Assembly (NCBI GenBank): GCA_035271645.1
Contig: DATERJ010000018.1
Location: 17,399 to 81,398, forward strand
Source of the DNA: Candidatus Dojkabacteria bacterium
Lineage (GTDB): Bacteria > Patescibacteriota > Dojkabacteria > SC72
Length of the DNA: 64,000 nucleotides
Direction of reading: 5' to 3'
The notes below the pieces were generated by a model. It was not told the origin of the DNA. It searched no databases and saw only the letters and a program-made list of their open reading frames with translations. Each line of letters starts with the position of its first letter. Position 1 is the stretch's first letter. This document shows, in pieces, positions 10,601 to 20,058 of this stretch. The translations under genes and the position numbers were made by a program.

Positions 10601-12093
10601 TCCTTTCTACTACAACCGCTTCTGGACAAACCTGTCCTACAACTCTGCCTAGTAGTACTTCATACTTTGGTGGCGCTTCAGACCCATATGGCTCTGGCTC
10701 TAGCGTAACTATAAATGGAAGTCTTGGTGTTGCTCCTGGTCAACAGGGATGTATATATGTGATATATTCATTCGCCCCTAAGAGTGTTTCAGAAGGTAGT
10801 GTATTAGATTTTCAGGTTACAAACTTTACAGCCAACTTCACGGGAACCAAATTTGGACTCCCTGCAAACATAACCGGTACTACAACATTCATACCTACTC
10901 CTAAACCACCTACTTTTACGAACATTACAAACAATGGACCGAAAGATCCTGGGGGAACAATAACATTTAGCACTACATCCTCTGATCCAGATGGTGACAA
11001 TGTGAAATTGGTAGTCTGTAAAACACAAGGTGTTACAGGAACAGCCTGTGATGGTGGCGATGATGATACATACTGTACAAGTAGCTTTGTTGGCTCTAAC
11101 CCATCATGTTCATGGGATATACCATCAGTATATCCTGATGGATCATACTATGCATACCCATACATCTTTGATAGTACTAACTTACCCGCAGATAGCATAC
11201 GACAAGGTGCTGCTCATGCATTTACTGTAAACAATGTAGCACCCTTACCTACAAGCATTAGTATAAATGGAGGAGATGATATTACTCTGGTTACAGGAAC
11301 TACCAAATCCGTAACTTTAAATGTTAGTGTTAGAGATAACAACGGATGTGGTAATGATGAGATTGATACTGTCAAAGCGTATATGTACCGATCTGGAATT
11401 ACTGGTGGATATAGCTCTTGCGATACATTAGATGAGAATAATGCTAACAATTGCTATCCAGAAATACCCTGTACATTTGTGAGTTGTACTGGAACTCAAT
11501 CAGAATTACCCAATATTGCACAATATACATGTAATACAAGTCTCCAATACTATGCTGATCCTACTGACAGTTACTCTCCTTTTCCAGATGAGAGCTGGAT
11601 TGCAACAGTTAAGGCTACTGATAATGGTTTCGGCCTAGGTGGAACAAACCCATTAACAGGGACATGGGGCATTACTAATGGAGTTGATGTAAATTCTCTG
11701 TTGGCATTTAATATTACCCAAGAGTTAAACTACGGAGTACTTCTTGCAGGGCAGATTATCTCACCTCTTGCATCAACAACAACAATTACTTCTGCTGGTA
11801 ATGTAGCTTTGAACCATTCTGTCTCTGGTGATGATATGTGTGAAGACTATCCTGCATGTGAGGGGAGTAAAATTCTTGTTGACCAACAGAAGTATGCTCT
11901 TAATGCTTCAACGGAATGGAAAGATGGGACAAAGCTAAGTGCCACTCCTACAAATGTCTTCACCAACCTACCCAAACAGACTACATCTACACCAACTTCG
12001 GTAAATATCTGGTGGGGGATATTAGCTCCAACAGGAACACCACCCAAGCAATATATAGGAAAAAATACTGTGACTTCTTCTGTTGCCCACTAA
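7642..12093 (+). CDS. Giant (1483 aa) cell-surface protein. Domain order: N-terminal anchor, Cys-rich region, Listeria-Bacteroides-type repeat, six FN3-like tandem repeats, then the C-terminal paralog module.
   Basis: N-terminus FLLSTASLFLALGLIFSAV. Cys-rich CSYYPLCDFPAGPGGCYQAGGSCGPGEFSCP...CCDRGSCGSCNPC. YSISYSAGNGG...GYTFSQWSDG resembles the InlB B-/Flg_new repeat. Repeats carry the motif LLTNGQTNPT.V...PYFSAIFNDPDSGDT..YYQIQVNTNSSF.GTTMWDSGKTAMT...GSRSPNITYAG..L..NGT.YYWRIRFWDN.G..S.WS..AQFT, which resembles the rhamnosidase-type FN3 'W.IRFWD..G..S.WS' motif. The C-terminal module is shared with 2..1228 and 2691..4484. Confidence 0.7.
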   Translation: MIKKNNRKKFLLSTASLFLALGLIFSAVQDSKRMDDGNKNIVSISEEGEVKGGEIMANCSYYPLCDFPAGPGGCYQAGGSCGPGEFSCPTNQSVCCDRGSCGSCNPCTGVYQSSNNGCPSTSKSCTRYDCRGSCGTTTLTCYLIQYSISYSAGNGGSISGATNQSVCYNQSGSQVTAVANSGYTFSQWSDGNTSPSRSDVATGNKSFTASFTQSPNNPPTTPTSLLTNGQTNPTNVDTATPYFSAIFNDPDSGDTGVHYQIQVNTNSSFTGTTMWDSGKTAMTSTANGSRSPNITYAGTNLPLDGTMYYWRIKFWDNNGADSPWSATAQFTMRYTIPAPSGLLTNGQTNPTGVTTPYPYFSAIYNNYSGRGNATHAHLQVYLGSVLPENQVWNFNDAIPNVAPGNRSSNITYGGDPLPQNGATYIWRIRFWDGVAYYSEWQHGQFTMNSGSSPTAPTGLLTNGQTNPVGVTTPQPYFSAIFNDPNSGDTAVYYQIFVVYYDGFTYQTQWDSGKTAMTPTPVGSRSPNITYNGPTLQAGREYNWQIKFWDNSGLEGVFSNISSNRFTMNTPPTAPTAPLTNGMTNPTDVASTPYFSAIFNDADSTDTGVYYQIQVNTNSSFSGTTMWDSGKTAMTATNPSSRSPNINYAGNTLSYNGTTYYWRIRFWDNHGVVSPYSSTAQFTTVISGAAPTSLLTNGQTNPTNVVPSPAPYFSAIFNHSNPSRRAVHYQIIMTVSGMQVWNSGKTSMTSTAPGSRCPNITYNGSHTLDHNGNVYKWTIVFWDDLGVQTATSAEAQFTMNRRPTPPTGLLTEGQTNPSGVTDTTPEFSAIYNNPTGTPAVYYQIQVNEKANFTGTMKWDSGKTSMASLSNGSRSPDIEYAGSTLTQNGQTYFWKIRFWDNLGGDGEWSAVNYFTMHNNAYTFTISSEGTQVNPVTMDRIEGGDELYMGGVFSFTVYNINPAFSQPGITSITLQRTWTSGSGDIDRAILLSTTTASGQTCPTTLPSSTSYFGGASDPYGSGSSVTINGSLGVAPGQQGCIYVIYSFAPKSVSEGSVLDFQVTNFTANFTGTKFGLPANITGTTTFIPTPKPPTFTNITNNGPKDPGGTITFSTTSSDPDGDNVKLVVCKTQGVTGTACDGGDDDTYCTSSFVGSNPSCSWDIPSVYPDGSYYAYPYIFDSTNLPADSIRQGAAHAFTVNNVAPLPTSISINGGDDITLVTGTTKSVTLNVSVRDNNGCGNDEIDTVKAYMYRSGITGGYSSCDTLDENNANNCYPEIPCTFVSCTGTQSELPNIAQYTCNTSLQYYADPTDSYSPFPDESWIATVKATDNGFGLGGTNPLTGTWGITNGVDVNSLLAFNITQELNYGVLLAGQIISPLASTTTITSAGNVALNHSVSGDDMCEDYPACEGSKILVDQQKYALNASTEWKDGTKLSATPTNVFTNLPKQTTSTPTSVNIWWGILAPTGTPPKQYIGKNTVTSSVAH
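8291..10383 (+). repeat. Six tandem in-frame ~349-nt (~116-aa) repeats inside the giant surface-protein gene.
   Basis: Repeat units start with SLLTNGQTNPTNV, GLLTNGQTNPTGV, GLLTNGQTNPVGV, APLTNGMTNPTDV, SLLTNGQTNPTNV and GLLTEGQTNPSGV. Units 1 and 4 share a near-identical stretch VNTNSSF(T/S)GTTMWDSGKTAMT; the DNA 'atgtgggatagtggaaaaaccgc.atgac' recurs at ~8460 and ~9515. Confidence 0.6.
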
Positions 12094-12143
12094 CCAATTG
12101 TTATTATTTAATGATTTTGATATACTCTCTACTGTATTGATAT

Positions 12144-12220
12144 GGAGTGGTAGCTCAATTGGTTAGAGCATCGCACTGTCACTGCGAAGGTTGCGGGTTC
12201 GAGCCCCGTCCATTCCGCCA
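12144..12220 (+). tRNA. tRNA-Asp (anticodon GTC), CCA encoded.
   Basis: Cloverleaf read directly: acceptor GGAGTGG/CCATTCC, D-arm GCTC-AATTGGTT-AGAGC, anticodon stem TCGCA/TGCGA with loop CTGTCAC (GTC), T-arm GCGGG-TTCGAGC-CCCGT, discriminator G plus CCA. Coordinates ±1-2 nt. Confidence 0.8.
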
Positions 12221-12236
12221 GATTTGAGTTATTTTC

Positions 12237-12887
12237 CTAACCAAGACCTGCTTTATTAAAAAAGTTATCCTTTGGATTTTTCTCTCTAAACTTTTGTCTT
12301 AGTAAAGCAATAGTTGTAGTGAAACCATTCTCAGGATCTAAATATGCTAAAGCAGTAAGAATTCCTTCTACCAGCTTTCTTTGTAATGGAATATGTTTGA
12401 GTTGATTTAACTCTTTTACCAGACTGTTCTCAAAATCACCCATCTCATTATTCTCCAAATATGTTTCCCAATCCTTTATTTCAAATTTACCTTCTCCAAG
12501 ATGGTACTTACTATGAATATATGTCCTAAGTTTAGAAAACTTTTGACATATTATAATAAATGGATTGTCATATTCTGTTAGAGACTGTATGTTGGAAGCA
12601 ACAGAATTAGAAGAGTTGTCTGCTTCTACTGGAATATCACAATTAGTAATTTCGTTGATTCTTTCCACTATCCTCTTATTTGAAATAGCAGCACCACCAA
12701 TTGTTAAAATTGATGCCTCAACACCCTCCTCTATTAGTCTCTGAGCTTCGTGATGTGCACATAGAGCCATAAGGACATTCTCCGGAGGAATATCTATCTC
12801 AAAATCTTCTCCTAATGCTTCTAAACTATATGCTTCCCTAGAAGCATCATGTTCATAGCTTAGTATTGCTATTTCTCTTTCATCCAT
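12237..12887 (-). CDS. Hypothetical protein.
   Basis: ORF of 216 aa with no confident family assignment. Confidence 0.35.
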   Translation of the reverse strand: MDEREIAILSYEHDASREAYSLEALGEDFEIDIPPENVLMALCAHHEAQRLIEEGVEASILTIGGAAISNKRIVERINEITNCDIPVEADNSSNSVASNIQSLTEYDNPFIIICQKFSKLRTYIHSKYHLGEGKFEIKDWETYLENNEMGDFENSLVKELNQLKHIPLQRKLVEGILTALAYLDPENGFTTTIALLRQKFREKNPKDNFFNKAGLG

Positions 12888-12993
12888 AGGTAATTATATC
12901 ATTTTGTTTCTAAAACGTATATGTACCAACATTTTCAATATGTCTCAAAAAAGAATTGCTATCTAAGCTAATTTCCTATACCATTACAATGTA

Positions 12994-13791
12994 ATGAAAA
13001 AAGCACAACTATCTACTCTTAACCATCAATATACACAGAAAGCTAATACACTAATCCCCTATGAAATATATCTTAAATACTCAACTCAAAAAGACATATC
13101 AATAATACAACTTCAAAAAATACTCTCTAGATTTAAGAACAATCAGAACAGAATTCTAGATGTGGGTTCTGGAGATGGATTATATCTTCTACAATCTCTT
13201 CCTGAAGAAAATAATTTTGAAATTACATTCTTAGAACCAGCTAAAGATCTTTTTGAGAAACTAAAAACGAATATAGAAAAATATAATAATTGTAAGGCTG
13301 TTAATGAGACTTTTGAAGAATTCTATACAAGGAACAAGAACAAATTCGATATTATCCTTGCATCACATCTATATCATTTTCCTGAAGATGAATATTCAAT
13401 ATTTCTTTCACAACTCATTTCACTCTTAGAAGATTCAGGTACTTTAATATGGATAGAGAGAGGTGTAGATGAAGTAACAGATTTTAAGAAAAGATTTAAG
13501 AGTATGTTAGTTCCTAGTAGATATCCAGAAGATTGGAAACCAAGAAGTTATAACAAAGCTTTAGGTATATTAAAAGAACAATCAGGTAATATAGAATTAA
13601 TACTTAATGAATCAGAACTTAGATTTCCATATGAAGAGAATTTAGATGAAGTAATAGCATTAGTAGAGTTTTATTTAAACATTGATTGGATTTCTATACC
13701 AATAGATACACAGAATGAGATATTAGAGTATATTGAGGATAAGGGAGGTGTTTTAAAAGAAGAGGAAGGTATAATTATCTTTAGAAACTAA
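12994..13791 (+). CDS. Class I SAM-dependent methyltransferase.
   Basis: Motif I ILDVGSGDGLYLL; acidic residue after beta-2 (ITFLEPA). Confidence 0.55.
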   Translation: MKKAQLSTLNHQYTQKANTLIPYEIYLKYSTQKDISIIQLQKILSRFKNNQNRILDVGSGDGLYLLQSLPEENNFEITFLEPAKDLFEKLKTNIEKYNNCKAVNETFEEFYTRNKNKFDIILASHLYHFPEDEYSIFLSQLISLLEDSGTLIWIERGVDEVTDFKKRFKSMLVPSRYPEDWKPRSYNKALGILKEQSGNIELILNESELRFPYEENLDEVIALVEFYLNIDWISIPIDTQNEILEYIEDKGGVLKEEEGIIIFRN

Positions 13792-13819
13792 ATTGTTATT
13801 TGACATGGCTCATTGACCA

Positions 13820-14794
13820 TTGTTATCCTTTACTATGTCTAAGCTGTTAAGACCAATACAGAATTTTATTAAAAAGCACTATCTTTGGGGATTATTTTTA
13901 GTAGCAATATCTTTTTTAGTATGGCTTGTTCCTAAGGAATATCACTCATTAAGAATATTAGCATCCTTTTTCTCAATTTTTGGAATAGGTTGTATCATAT
14001 TTTTTGATGGTTTAGATTACAAACTCTCTGGAAGTTCATTGTTAGTAAATAATAAGAACTTGAAATTTGTTAAAACATTTGGTCTTACAGGAGTTCTAAT
14101 GGGTTTAATACTGGATATATCTGTTCATGTAATCACAAAGAACTATATTTACCCTTACTTCACTACTCCTATTTATTTCCTCCTTTTCATACCTGGATTT
14201 ATGTTTTACTTCCTCATCATTGGAGAAAGTTACTTCGCATGTAAATCTATTTTAGATAGATACCTCAAAAGACCTTTAGTGAAGAAAGTAAATCCAAAGT
14301 TATTGAAAGCTGTAAACATCTTACTCCTTATACTAGGTTTTTTAGGCATTTCTTATGCTTTATATCACTATTTTACTGCATATTCACAGATAGGAGAATT
14401 TACTTACTCCACAAACACACCAATAAAGTTAGAAACAAATCTTGGGGTTACTATGTTGTTGGGAACATCTATATGGTTAGTTATCGAAGCAATTGGTTTC
14501 TTCCTAAACAAAAAAATGCTAATTACCTTTTTATGTAGAGGATACTTCCGCCCTCTTCTTGCAGTATTACTAGCTTGTATAATACTCGGTATTCCTATGG
14601 AAATCTGGAATATTCCTCTTAATTTATGGACATACACAAACATACCTTTTGACCATATCCAACTATTCAAAGTTCCTATCTTCGTATATTTAAGCTGGCC
14701 ATTTCATTATTTACCATTTTTATCACTATACCTATTAGTAAGTAAGGAAGTTGCAGAGGCACCATATGAATTAGATAGAATTAAAACACCGTAG
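13820..14794 (+). CDS. Polytopic membrane protein.
   Basis: At least 7 hydrophobic segments; no recognised motif. Confidence 0.45.
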   Translation: MLSFTMSKLLRPIQNFIKKHYLWGLFLVAISFLVWLVPKEYHSLRILASFFSIFGIGCIIFFDGLDYKLSGSSLLVNNKNLKFVKTFGLTGVLMGLILDISVHVITKNYIYPYFTTPIYFLLFIPGFMFYFLIIGESYFACKSILDRYLKRPLVKKVNPKLLKAVNILLLILGFLGISYALYHYFTAYSQIGEFTYSTNTPIKLETNLGVTMLLGTSIWLVIEAIGFFLNKKMLITFLCRGYFRPLLAVLLACIILGIPMEIWNIPLNLWTYTNIPFDHIQLFKVPIFVYLSWPFHYLPFLSLYLLVSKEVAEAPYELDRIKTP

Positions 14795-14809
14795 ATAGCA
14801 GTAAAAACT

Positions 14810-15268
14810 ATGAAATACAAAACACACCCTCAATTTCCTAATCAACCAATTCTCTTTGAAACAAATCATTGGTTTATATCTCTTTGGGAAAATCAATATT
14901 ACTTAGGTAGAGCTAGTATAGAGTATAAAGATTTATCAAAAAGACATCTTTCTGAACTAACAGATGAAGAAGTATTAGAACTATTCTCATTGATAAAGAA
15001 ATATGAAATAGCTCTCAAAAAAGCATTTAATACTACAAACTTTAACTGGACATGTTTAATGAATAACTCTTACAAAGAGAAGAATAAAGATAATCCAGAA
15101 TTACTACATATACATGTATGGCCTAGATATAGAGATACTGTTGAATTTAATGGAGAAGTTTTTAAAGATGAGGTATTTGCACATCATTATGATAAGACAA
15201 AAGAAAAGTATGTTGATAAAGATTTTTTAATTGTACTTAGAGATAAGATATTATCTCATTGGTTTTAG
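14810..15268 (+). CDS. HIT-family nucleotide hydrolase or transferase.
   Basis: Histidine triad-like LLHIHVWPR (H.H.H..). Confidence 0.55.
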   Translation: MKYKTHPQFPNQPILFETNHWFISLWENQYYLGRASIEYKDLSKRHLSELTDEEVLELFSLIKKYEIALKKAFNTTNFNWTCLMNNSYKEKNKDNPELLHIHVWPRYRDTVEFNGEVFKDEVFAHHYDKTKEKYVDKDFLIVLRDKILSHWF

Positions 15269-16073
15269 AAAAAAGAATATCTGAATTATATTTATTCTGT
15301 AGTTGTTCTAAATAAGAGTCTAAATTAAGATCTGTGTTTATTCTAAGAAATTCTTTATTTTTAATTATATATTCTTGATACCTTTTTATATTCTCAGACA
15401 AACTAAGTCTTAGTTTATCAACATTCTCTATCACCCCATGAATATCATTGTATTCATTTAGTAGCTTTCGTGCTGTAATAGCTCCAATCCCAGGGACACC
15501 TTTAATATTGTCACTAACATCTCCCTTTAGAGATATATAGTCAACATATTGCGAAGGCATTATGTTGTATTTATTCAGCACCCCATTTACATTTAGTGTC
15601 TTTATTCTCCCCTGTACTTCTTTTGCTAGAAATATCTCATTACTTACAAGTTGTACAAAATCATTATCTCCAGAAGAGATATATTTTGTACTTTGAGAGA
15701 AGTATCTATTAGACGCTAGTGTTCCAATAACATCATCTGCTTCAGAATCAGGATCTTCAATTACTGGAACTTCTGCAATTTCTAATAGTTGTTTGATGAT
15801 AGATAGTTGTTGAAACATTTCATCATCATAATTATTTCTATTACTTTTGTATTCTGGCATTTCTATTTTCTTGTTAAGAAGTCCTGTTTCAGAATCAAAT
15901 ACAACAACTACATTCTCTGGATTTAAATACTCTACTATTCTCCTCATAAATGCTAAGAATCCATATACTGCATTTCCTTGTCTACCATCAGGCAGTTTAA
16001 TTGCTGAAGGGAGTCCATAGTAGGCACGAAAGAGATAATTAAAACCATCTATGATTAATATATTATCCTTCAT
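15237..16073 (-). CDS. 5'-3' exonuclease / flap endonuclease (Pol I N-terminal-domain-like, standalone).
   Basis: H3TH motif GDVSDNIKGVPGIGAITARKLL; N-terminal PIN-like acidic cluster (IIDGFNYLFRAYY...EADD). Confidence 0.7.
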   Translation of the reverse strand: MKDNILIIDGFNYLFRAYYGLPSAIKLPDGRQGNAVYGFLAFMRRIVEYLNPENVVVVFDSETGLLNKKIEMPEYKSNRNNYDDEMFQQLSIIKQLLEIAEVPVIEDPDSEADDVIGTLASNRYFSQSTKYISSGDNDFVQLVSNEIFLAKEVQGRIKTLNVNGVLNKYNIMPSQYVDYISLKGDVSDNIKGVPGIGAITARKLLNEYNDIHGVIENVDKLRLSLSENIKRYQEYIIKNKEFLRINTDLNLDSYLEQLQNKYNSDILFSKTNEIISYL

Positions 16074-16095
16074 AATAATCTTCTGAAGTATTACA

Positions 16096-16608
16096 CTAAC
16101 CTAAAATATCTTCCTCTATATATTTCTTAACTAATTCATTAATCTCAGGATAATTCTCATATGTTAGTAATCCTAATGCCTCATCTACATCTCTCCATTG
16201 ATTTTCTAATACAACACCATCTTCATATATCTCTGGTTGTTTACCTTCTTCTTTCTCACTATTTAGTAAAGCTAAGAAATAGTGATCTGTTTTTAACTGT
16301 ATCTCTGTCCAATCTAATTCATATGTAGCTGACCCTAGATATCTAAGTAGAGATATATCAGAATAACCAGATTCCTCTCTTACTTCCCTAAGTGCTGTAT
16401 CCTCCAATGTCTCCTCCCCCTCTTTATGTCCTTTAGGTAATACATATTTAGTAGTACCATCTGGCCATACTTTTTGAATAACTAATAACTTAACATTATC
16501 ATCTTCTTTTTTAACAAGAAAACAACCTGCAGAGGTATTAACTCTTCTTCTTTTTTCAAGAGAGGATGTATCTCCAATTCTTACTGTTTTTGGTAATATA
16601 TTTTTCAT
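16096..16608 (-). CDS. Nudix hydrolase.
   Basis: Nudix box GHKEGEETLEDTALREVREESG. Confidence 0.7.
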   Translation of the reverse strand: MKNILPKTVRIGDTSSLEKRRRVNTSAGCFLVKKEDDNVKLLVIQKVWPDGTTKYVLPKGHKEGEETLEDTALREVREESGYSDISLLRYLGSATYELDWTEIQLKTDHYFLALLNSEKEEGKQPEIYEDGVVLENQWRDVDEALGLLTYENYPEINELVKKYIEEDILG

Positions 16609-16615
16609 CTTTATT

Positions 16616-17287
16616 CTAGTTAATTATATCATCCACTTTATATATCTTCCCTTCTGGAAATACTGTCACATCTCCTTCCCCTATAACAGAGATTTCTCTG
16701 CTATCAACAAAGATTCCAGAATTCTCAGGTATTGCAATAATATTTAGATTCGATTTTTTAATATAGTTGGATATATCAGAATCCCATCTCTGCTCATAAT
16801 GTACAAAGATATTATTTCCATTAATCATATTTAATCCATCTAAATTCTTTAGATTAACATTATTAGGATCTAAAGAATTTGCTGTTTCAATTGTTTTTGC
16901 AAAAATCAAAGCACCTGCACTTCCCCCACTAATTGGAATATCTGTTTCTGTTAATAATCTCTTTAAACTTTTATCAAATCCCAATTCCTTTAAAGTCTTT
17001 AATAGGTAGAAAGTATTACCTCCTCCTATAAATACTCCACCATAATTAAGAAGATCTTCATATTTATGTTCCTTAATCTTTTCTTCATCCCACATAGTAA
17101 TGTTAAAATCTCCATATCTACTTAGCATATTACTACACCATTTATAACAATCAGAATAGCTATATTTTCCATTATGCATAGCTATTGGTACATACAATAT
17201 GTTTTTATTTTTTAAAAGAGATGTAAACAAAAGATCTGATTCTTTTGATTGATCTTCTGATCCTCCACCAACAAGGATTAATTTCAT
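16616..17287 (-). CDS. Peptidase S51 family (dipeptidase E / cyanophycinase-like).
   Basis: MKLILVGGG...GGVFIGGGNTFYLL...ISGGSAGALIF match the S51 serine-nucleophile region. Confidence 0.55.
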   Translation of the reverse strand: MKLILVGGGSEDQSKESDLLFTSLLKNKNILYVPIAMHNGKYSYSDCYKWCSNMLSRYGDFNITMWDEEKIKEHKYEDLLNYGGVFIGGGNTFYLLKTLKELGFDKSLKRLLTETDIPISGGSAGALIFAKTIETANSLDPNNVNLKNLDGLNMINGNNIFVHYEQRWDSDISNYIKKSNLNIIAIPENSGIFVDSREISVIGEGDVTVFPEGKIYKVDDIIN

Positions 17288-17324
17288 AGATGAATAGTTA
17301 AATTTATTAAAACAATTGTACTCC

Positions 17325-18008
17325 TTACTCCTTCTTCTGTATCTTCTCTAACTTCCTCCAGTTATATATCCCATACAAATCATTTATTAAATTAATAATG
17401 GGATTGAATAACATGGGGATTAAAACTAGATTACCACCAATGACAGGTATTCCCCATAATACAATTAATATTAAATCATTTACTACATAGAAATAGAAAC
17501 TGTATTTACTTCTTCTAACACCTAGATAGATAGCAAACAAACTATCTATAACTGATAAAGAGGAAACAAATAATTGATCAGTATTAAATGCTTTTAGTAA
17601 GAAATATATTAATACAAAAGCTATTACAGCTACAACAGATACAATGCACCATTCTTTTGCTTTTATCGTATTCACTTCAACTGAATCTGTTTCTTTGTTT
17701 TGATGTTTTATCCAAGAGACAATACCCATGATATACATTGGAAGCATAATACATAGGTAGATAATTACTTCTCCGTAATATCTGTTCTTAAATGAAACAA
17801 TGGAATACAAAGCAACAATAAGTAAGCCAAATATCTGTCCTAGATTCTTACCTTTGGCTAATAATAATGCTGTTGTGATTCCTACAATAGAACAAGCAGT
17901 GGTTAGTAAGTCTGATTTAAAAACTACCCCTACTATACTTACTAGAATAATACTTCCAAACAAAAGTATTTTTTCAAATGTTGTCCATCCTTTAAATATA
18001 TTTTTCAT
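17325..18008 (-). CDS. PnuC-like nicotinamide riboside / NMN transporter (membrane).
   Basis: About 7 TM helices and ~227 aa, with Trp and Asn-rich helix patterns similar to PnuC; adjacent to a P-loop kinase, as in pnuC-nadR. Assigned by pattern only. Confidence 0.4.
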   Translation of the reverse strand: MKNIFKGWTTFEKILLFGSIILVSIVGVVFKSDLLTTACSIVGITTALLLAKGKNLGQIFGLLIVALYSIVSFKNRYYGEVIIYLCIMLPMYIMGIVSWIKHQNKETDSVEVNTIKAKEWCIVSVVAVIAFVLIYFLLKAFNTDQLFVSSLSVIDSLFAIYLGVRRSKYSFYFYVVNDLILIVLWGIPVIGGNLVLIPMLFNPIINLINDLYGIYNWRKLEKIQKKE

Positions 18009-18055
18009 GTTTTTACAACTGAAATAGTTAATTATTACAGCAATTATACACTTTT

Positions 18056-18529
18056 TTACATCTTAATAACTATTAATTTCTTCGCATTTGCTTTACAAAG
18101 ATTAAACCTATCCTTCTCTTTGTAATGTCTTGGTATATCTGTATTTAAATCTATACCTTCAGAAGAATATCTATCCTTTATGGTAGTAAAACATAGTTTA
18201 ACTGTACTTACAAAACTAAACTTTTTTCTAATCTCTGGATTACTAAACCACCTTTTAAATATTCTAGATACTGTTTCCAATACCCCTATTTGAAGGTATA
18301 TAACCTTGTCTGCAGCTTTAACATATTCAGGGATATAATATGCACCCTCAATTATCCAATCAGAATCTATCTTTACAACTTTCTTAATCTCTTCAACAGT
18401 AAACATCCTTTTCTCTGTTTCATTGTAAAAATCATCTGTTCTGTATACTGGTATCTTTAATTCTTTAGTAACTTTGTTTGCATATGTTGTCTTACCACTT
18501 CCAGAACTTCCTGTAATATATATCCTCAT
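18056..18529 (-). CDS. Small P-loop NTPase / nucleoside or nucleotide kinase.
   Basis: Walker A ITGSSGSGKTT at the N-terminus; 157 aa. Confidence 0.5.
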   Translation of the reverse strand: MRIYITGSSGSGKTTYANKVTKELKIPVYRTDDFYNETEKRMFTVEEIKKVVKIDSDWIIEGAYYIPEYVKAADKVIYLQIGVLETVSRIFKRWFSNPEIRKKFSFVSTVKLCFTTIKDRYSSEGIDLNTDIPRHYKEKDRFNLCKANAKKLIVIKM

Positions 18530-18748
18530 ACATTGATTCTATCACAGTTTACCTTAGATAAAGGAATTGATAATATATATAAAATGAGATTAATAAAGGA
18601 AGAAGTAAAATACAAAAACTATAGACAAGTACTCCTAAGAACTTTTGAAGATGAGAATGGAAACATATCTAAAATTTCTTTTATCAATTTCCCACATTAC
18701 TCATCAGATAACATATAAGAGAAGCACCTTTGTGATATACTCCAATAT

Positions 18749-19258
18749 ATGAAAACTAAATTCAAGACATTTTACTGGAGTAAAAATACAGAGGTAATAT
18801 TTCAACCTTTTACAGAATTACCTAAAGATATTCCTGTTACTTCTTGTATGGGTATGGCTGTATTAAACAAAGAACAGTTAGTACTCTCTAGTCCAGATAG
18901 AGGTTGGGGTTTACCAGGTGGACATTCTGAAGAAGAAGAAACACCAGTAGAAACTCTTGTTAGAGAATTGGAAGAAGAAGCTGCTGTTGAGATAGATTTG
19001 GATACTCTCCAAGTAGTCGGTGGTTGGTTAATTAAGAAAATTCATAAGACAGAGAAGAACAGTAAATATCCTGACCTTGCCTACCAGTTATTATTCATAG
19101 CTGATATTAAAAAGGTTAATGAATTTACAGAAAAATTTGAAGTTCATCAGCGTATCTTTGTGCCGATAAAGGATGTACTTAACTATACTGGTGGTCCTAA
19201 TTTCATACCGATATTTAACTATGTTATTGATACATACCCAGAGAGATTTACTAGATAA
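18749..19258 (+). CDS. Nudix hydrolase.
   Basis: Nudix box GGHSEEEETPVETLVRELEEEAAV. Confidence 0.65.
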   Translation: MKTKFKTFYWSKNTEVIFQPFTELPKDIPVTSCMGMAVLNKEQLVLSSPDRGWGLPGGHSEEEETPVETLVRELEEEAAVEIDLDTLQVVGGWLIKKIHKTEKNSKYPDLAYQLLFIADIKKVNEFTEKFEVHQRIFVPIKDVLNYTGGPNFIPIFNYVIDTYPERFTR

Positions 19259-19275
19259 AATTTAAATATCATAAC

Positions 19276-20058
19276 ATGTACAAAGAATTAACAAAGAAAG
19301 ATTGGTATAAGTTATTAAAATTTCCTGAAGATAAAAAGGTAGATGCAATCATTGTTAGTGGTGTTGCCTTAGCAAACAGAGATAGAGAGATAGGATTTTT
19401 AGAACAAGCACTATCTAATTACAAAGATGTAAAGAAGGTTGAATATATACAAGATCGTTTTTTCTCTTCAATATATGAATTTGAGATTGGAGATAAACTA
19501 ATATGGTTTGATGTAGTATATGGAGGTGCATACCTCTCTGAACTCTTACATATAGGATGTCTGTTTGGTAGTAAGAGAAACTATCTAGTTGGTAGTTGTG
19601 GTGGATTACAGAAGAATTTAGAAACAGGAGATTTAGTTATTCCTATATATACATATGGAGATGAGAGTACTACTAGAATATATCAACCTAATGTTAAAGA
19701 TAATAAACATTATGCAAACGAAGAATTAAGAGAAGAGTTTGTTAAGAGTATGAGTGATTACAAAGTACACAGCGGACCAATTATGACATGTCAGGCAATG
19801 ATGGGAGAAAGAGCTGAAGATATTAAGAGGTGGGAAAAGGAAGGATATCTAGGAGTAGAGATGGAGAGTTCTACATTCTTTGCAGTATCAAATAGTTTTA
19901 ATGTACCTAGTGTAGCATTACTACATGTATCTGATAATTTAGTAAAAAATATACTCTATGGAGATGAGGAATTAGCAAAGAAGAAGGAATACAGAAACAA
20001 GATTAGAGTGTATAAATATGAGGAAATTATTAGGCATATCATGGACTCCACCTTCTAA
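19276..20058 (+). CDS. PNP/UDP-family nucleoside phosphorylase or nucleosidase.
   Basis: GSCGGL....GDLVIP and VEMESSTFFAV match PNP_UDP_1 signatures. Confidence 0.55.
   Translation: MYKELTKKDWYKLLKFPEDKKVDAIIVSGVALANRDREIGFLEQALSNYKDVKKVEYIQDRFFSSIYEFEIGDKLIWFDVVYGGAYLSELLHIGCLFGSKRNYLVGSCGGLQKNLETGDLVIPIYTYGDESTTRIYQPNVKDNKHYANEELREEFVKSMSDYKVHSGPIMTCQAMMGERAEDIKRWEKEGYLGVEMESSTFFAVSNSFNVPSVALLHVSDNLVKNILYGDEELAKKKEYRNKIRVYKYEEIIRHIMDSTF

Noticed and set aside
13820-15268. Membrane protein (13820..14794) and HIT protein (14810..15268) are in the same frame, separated by TAG plus 5 codons; considered as a third read-through case.
   Set aside because: The functions are unrelated, the downstream gene has its own ATG, and same-frame neighbours occur by chance one time in three. 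There is no evidence for a fusion.
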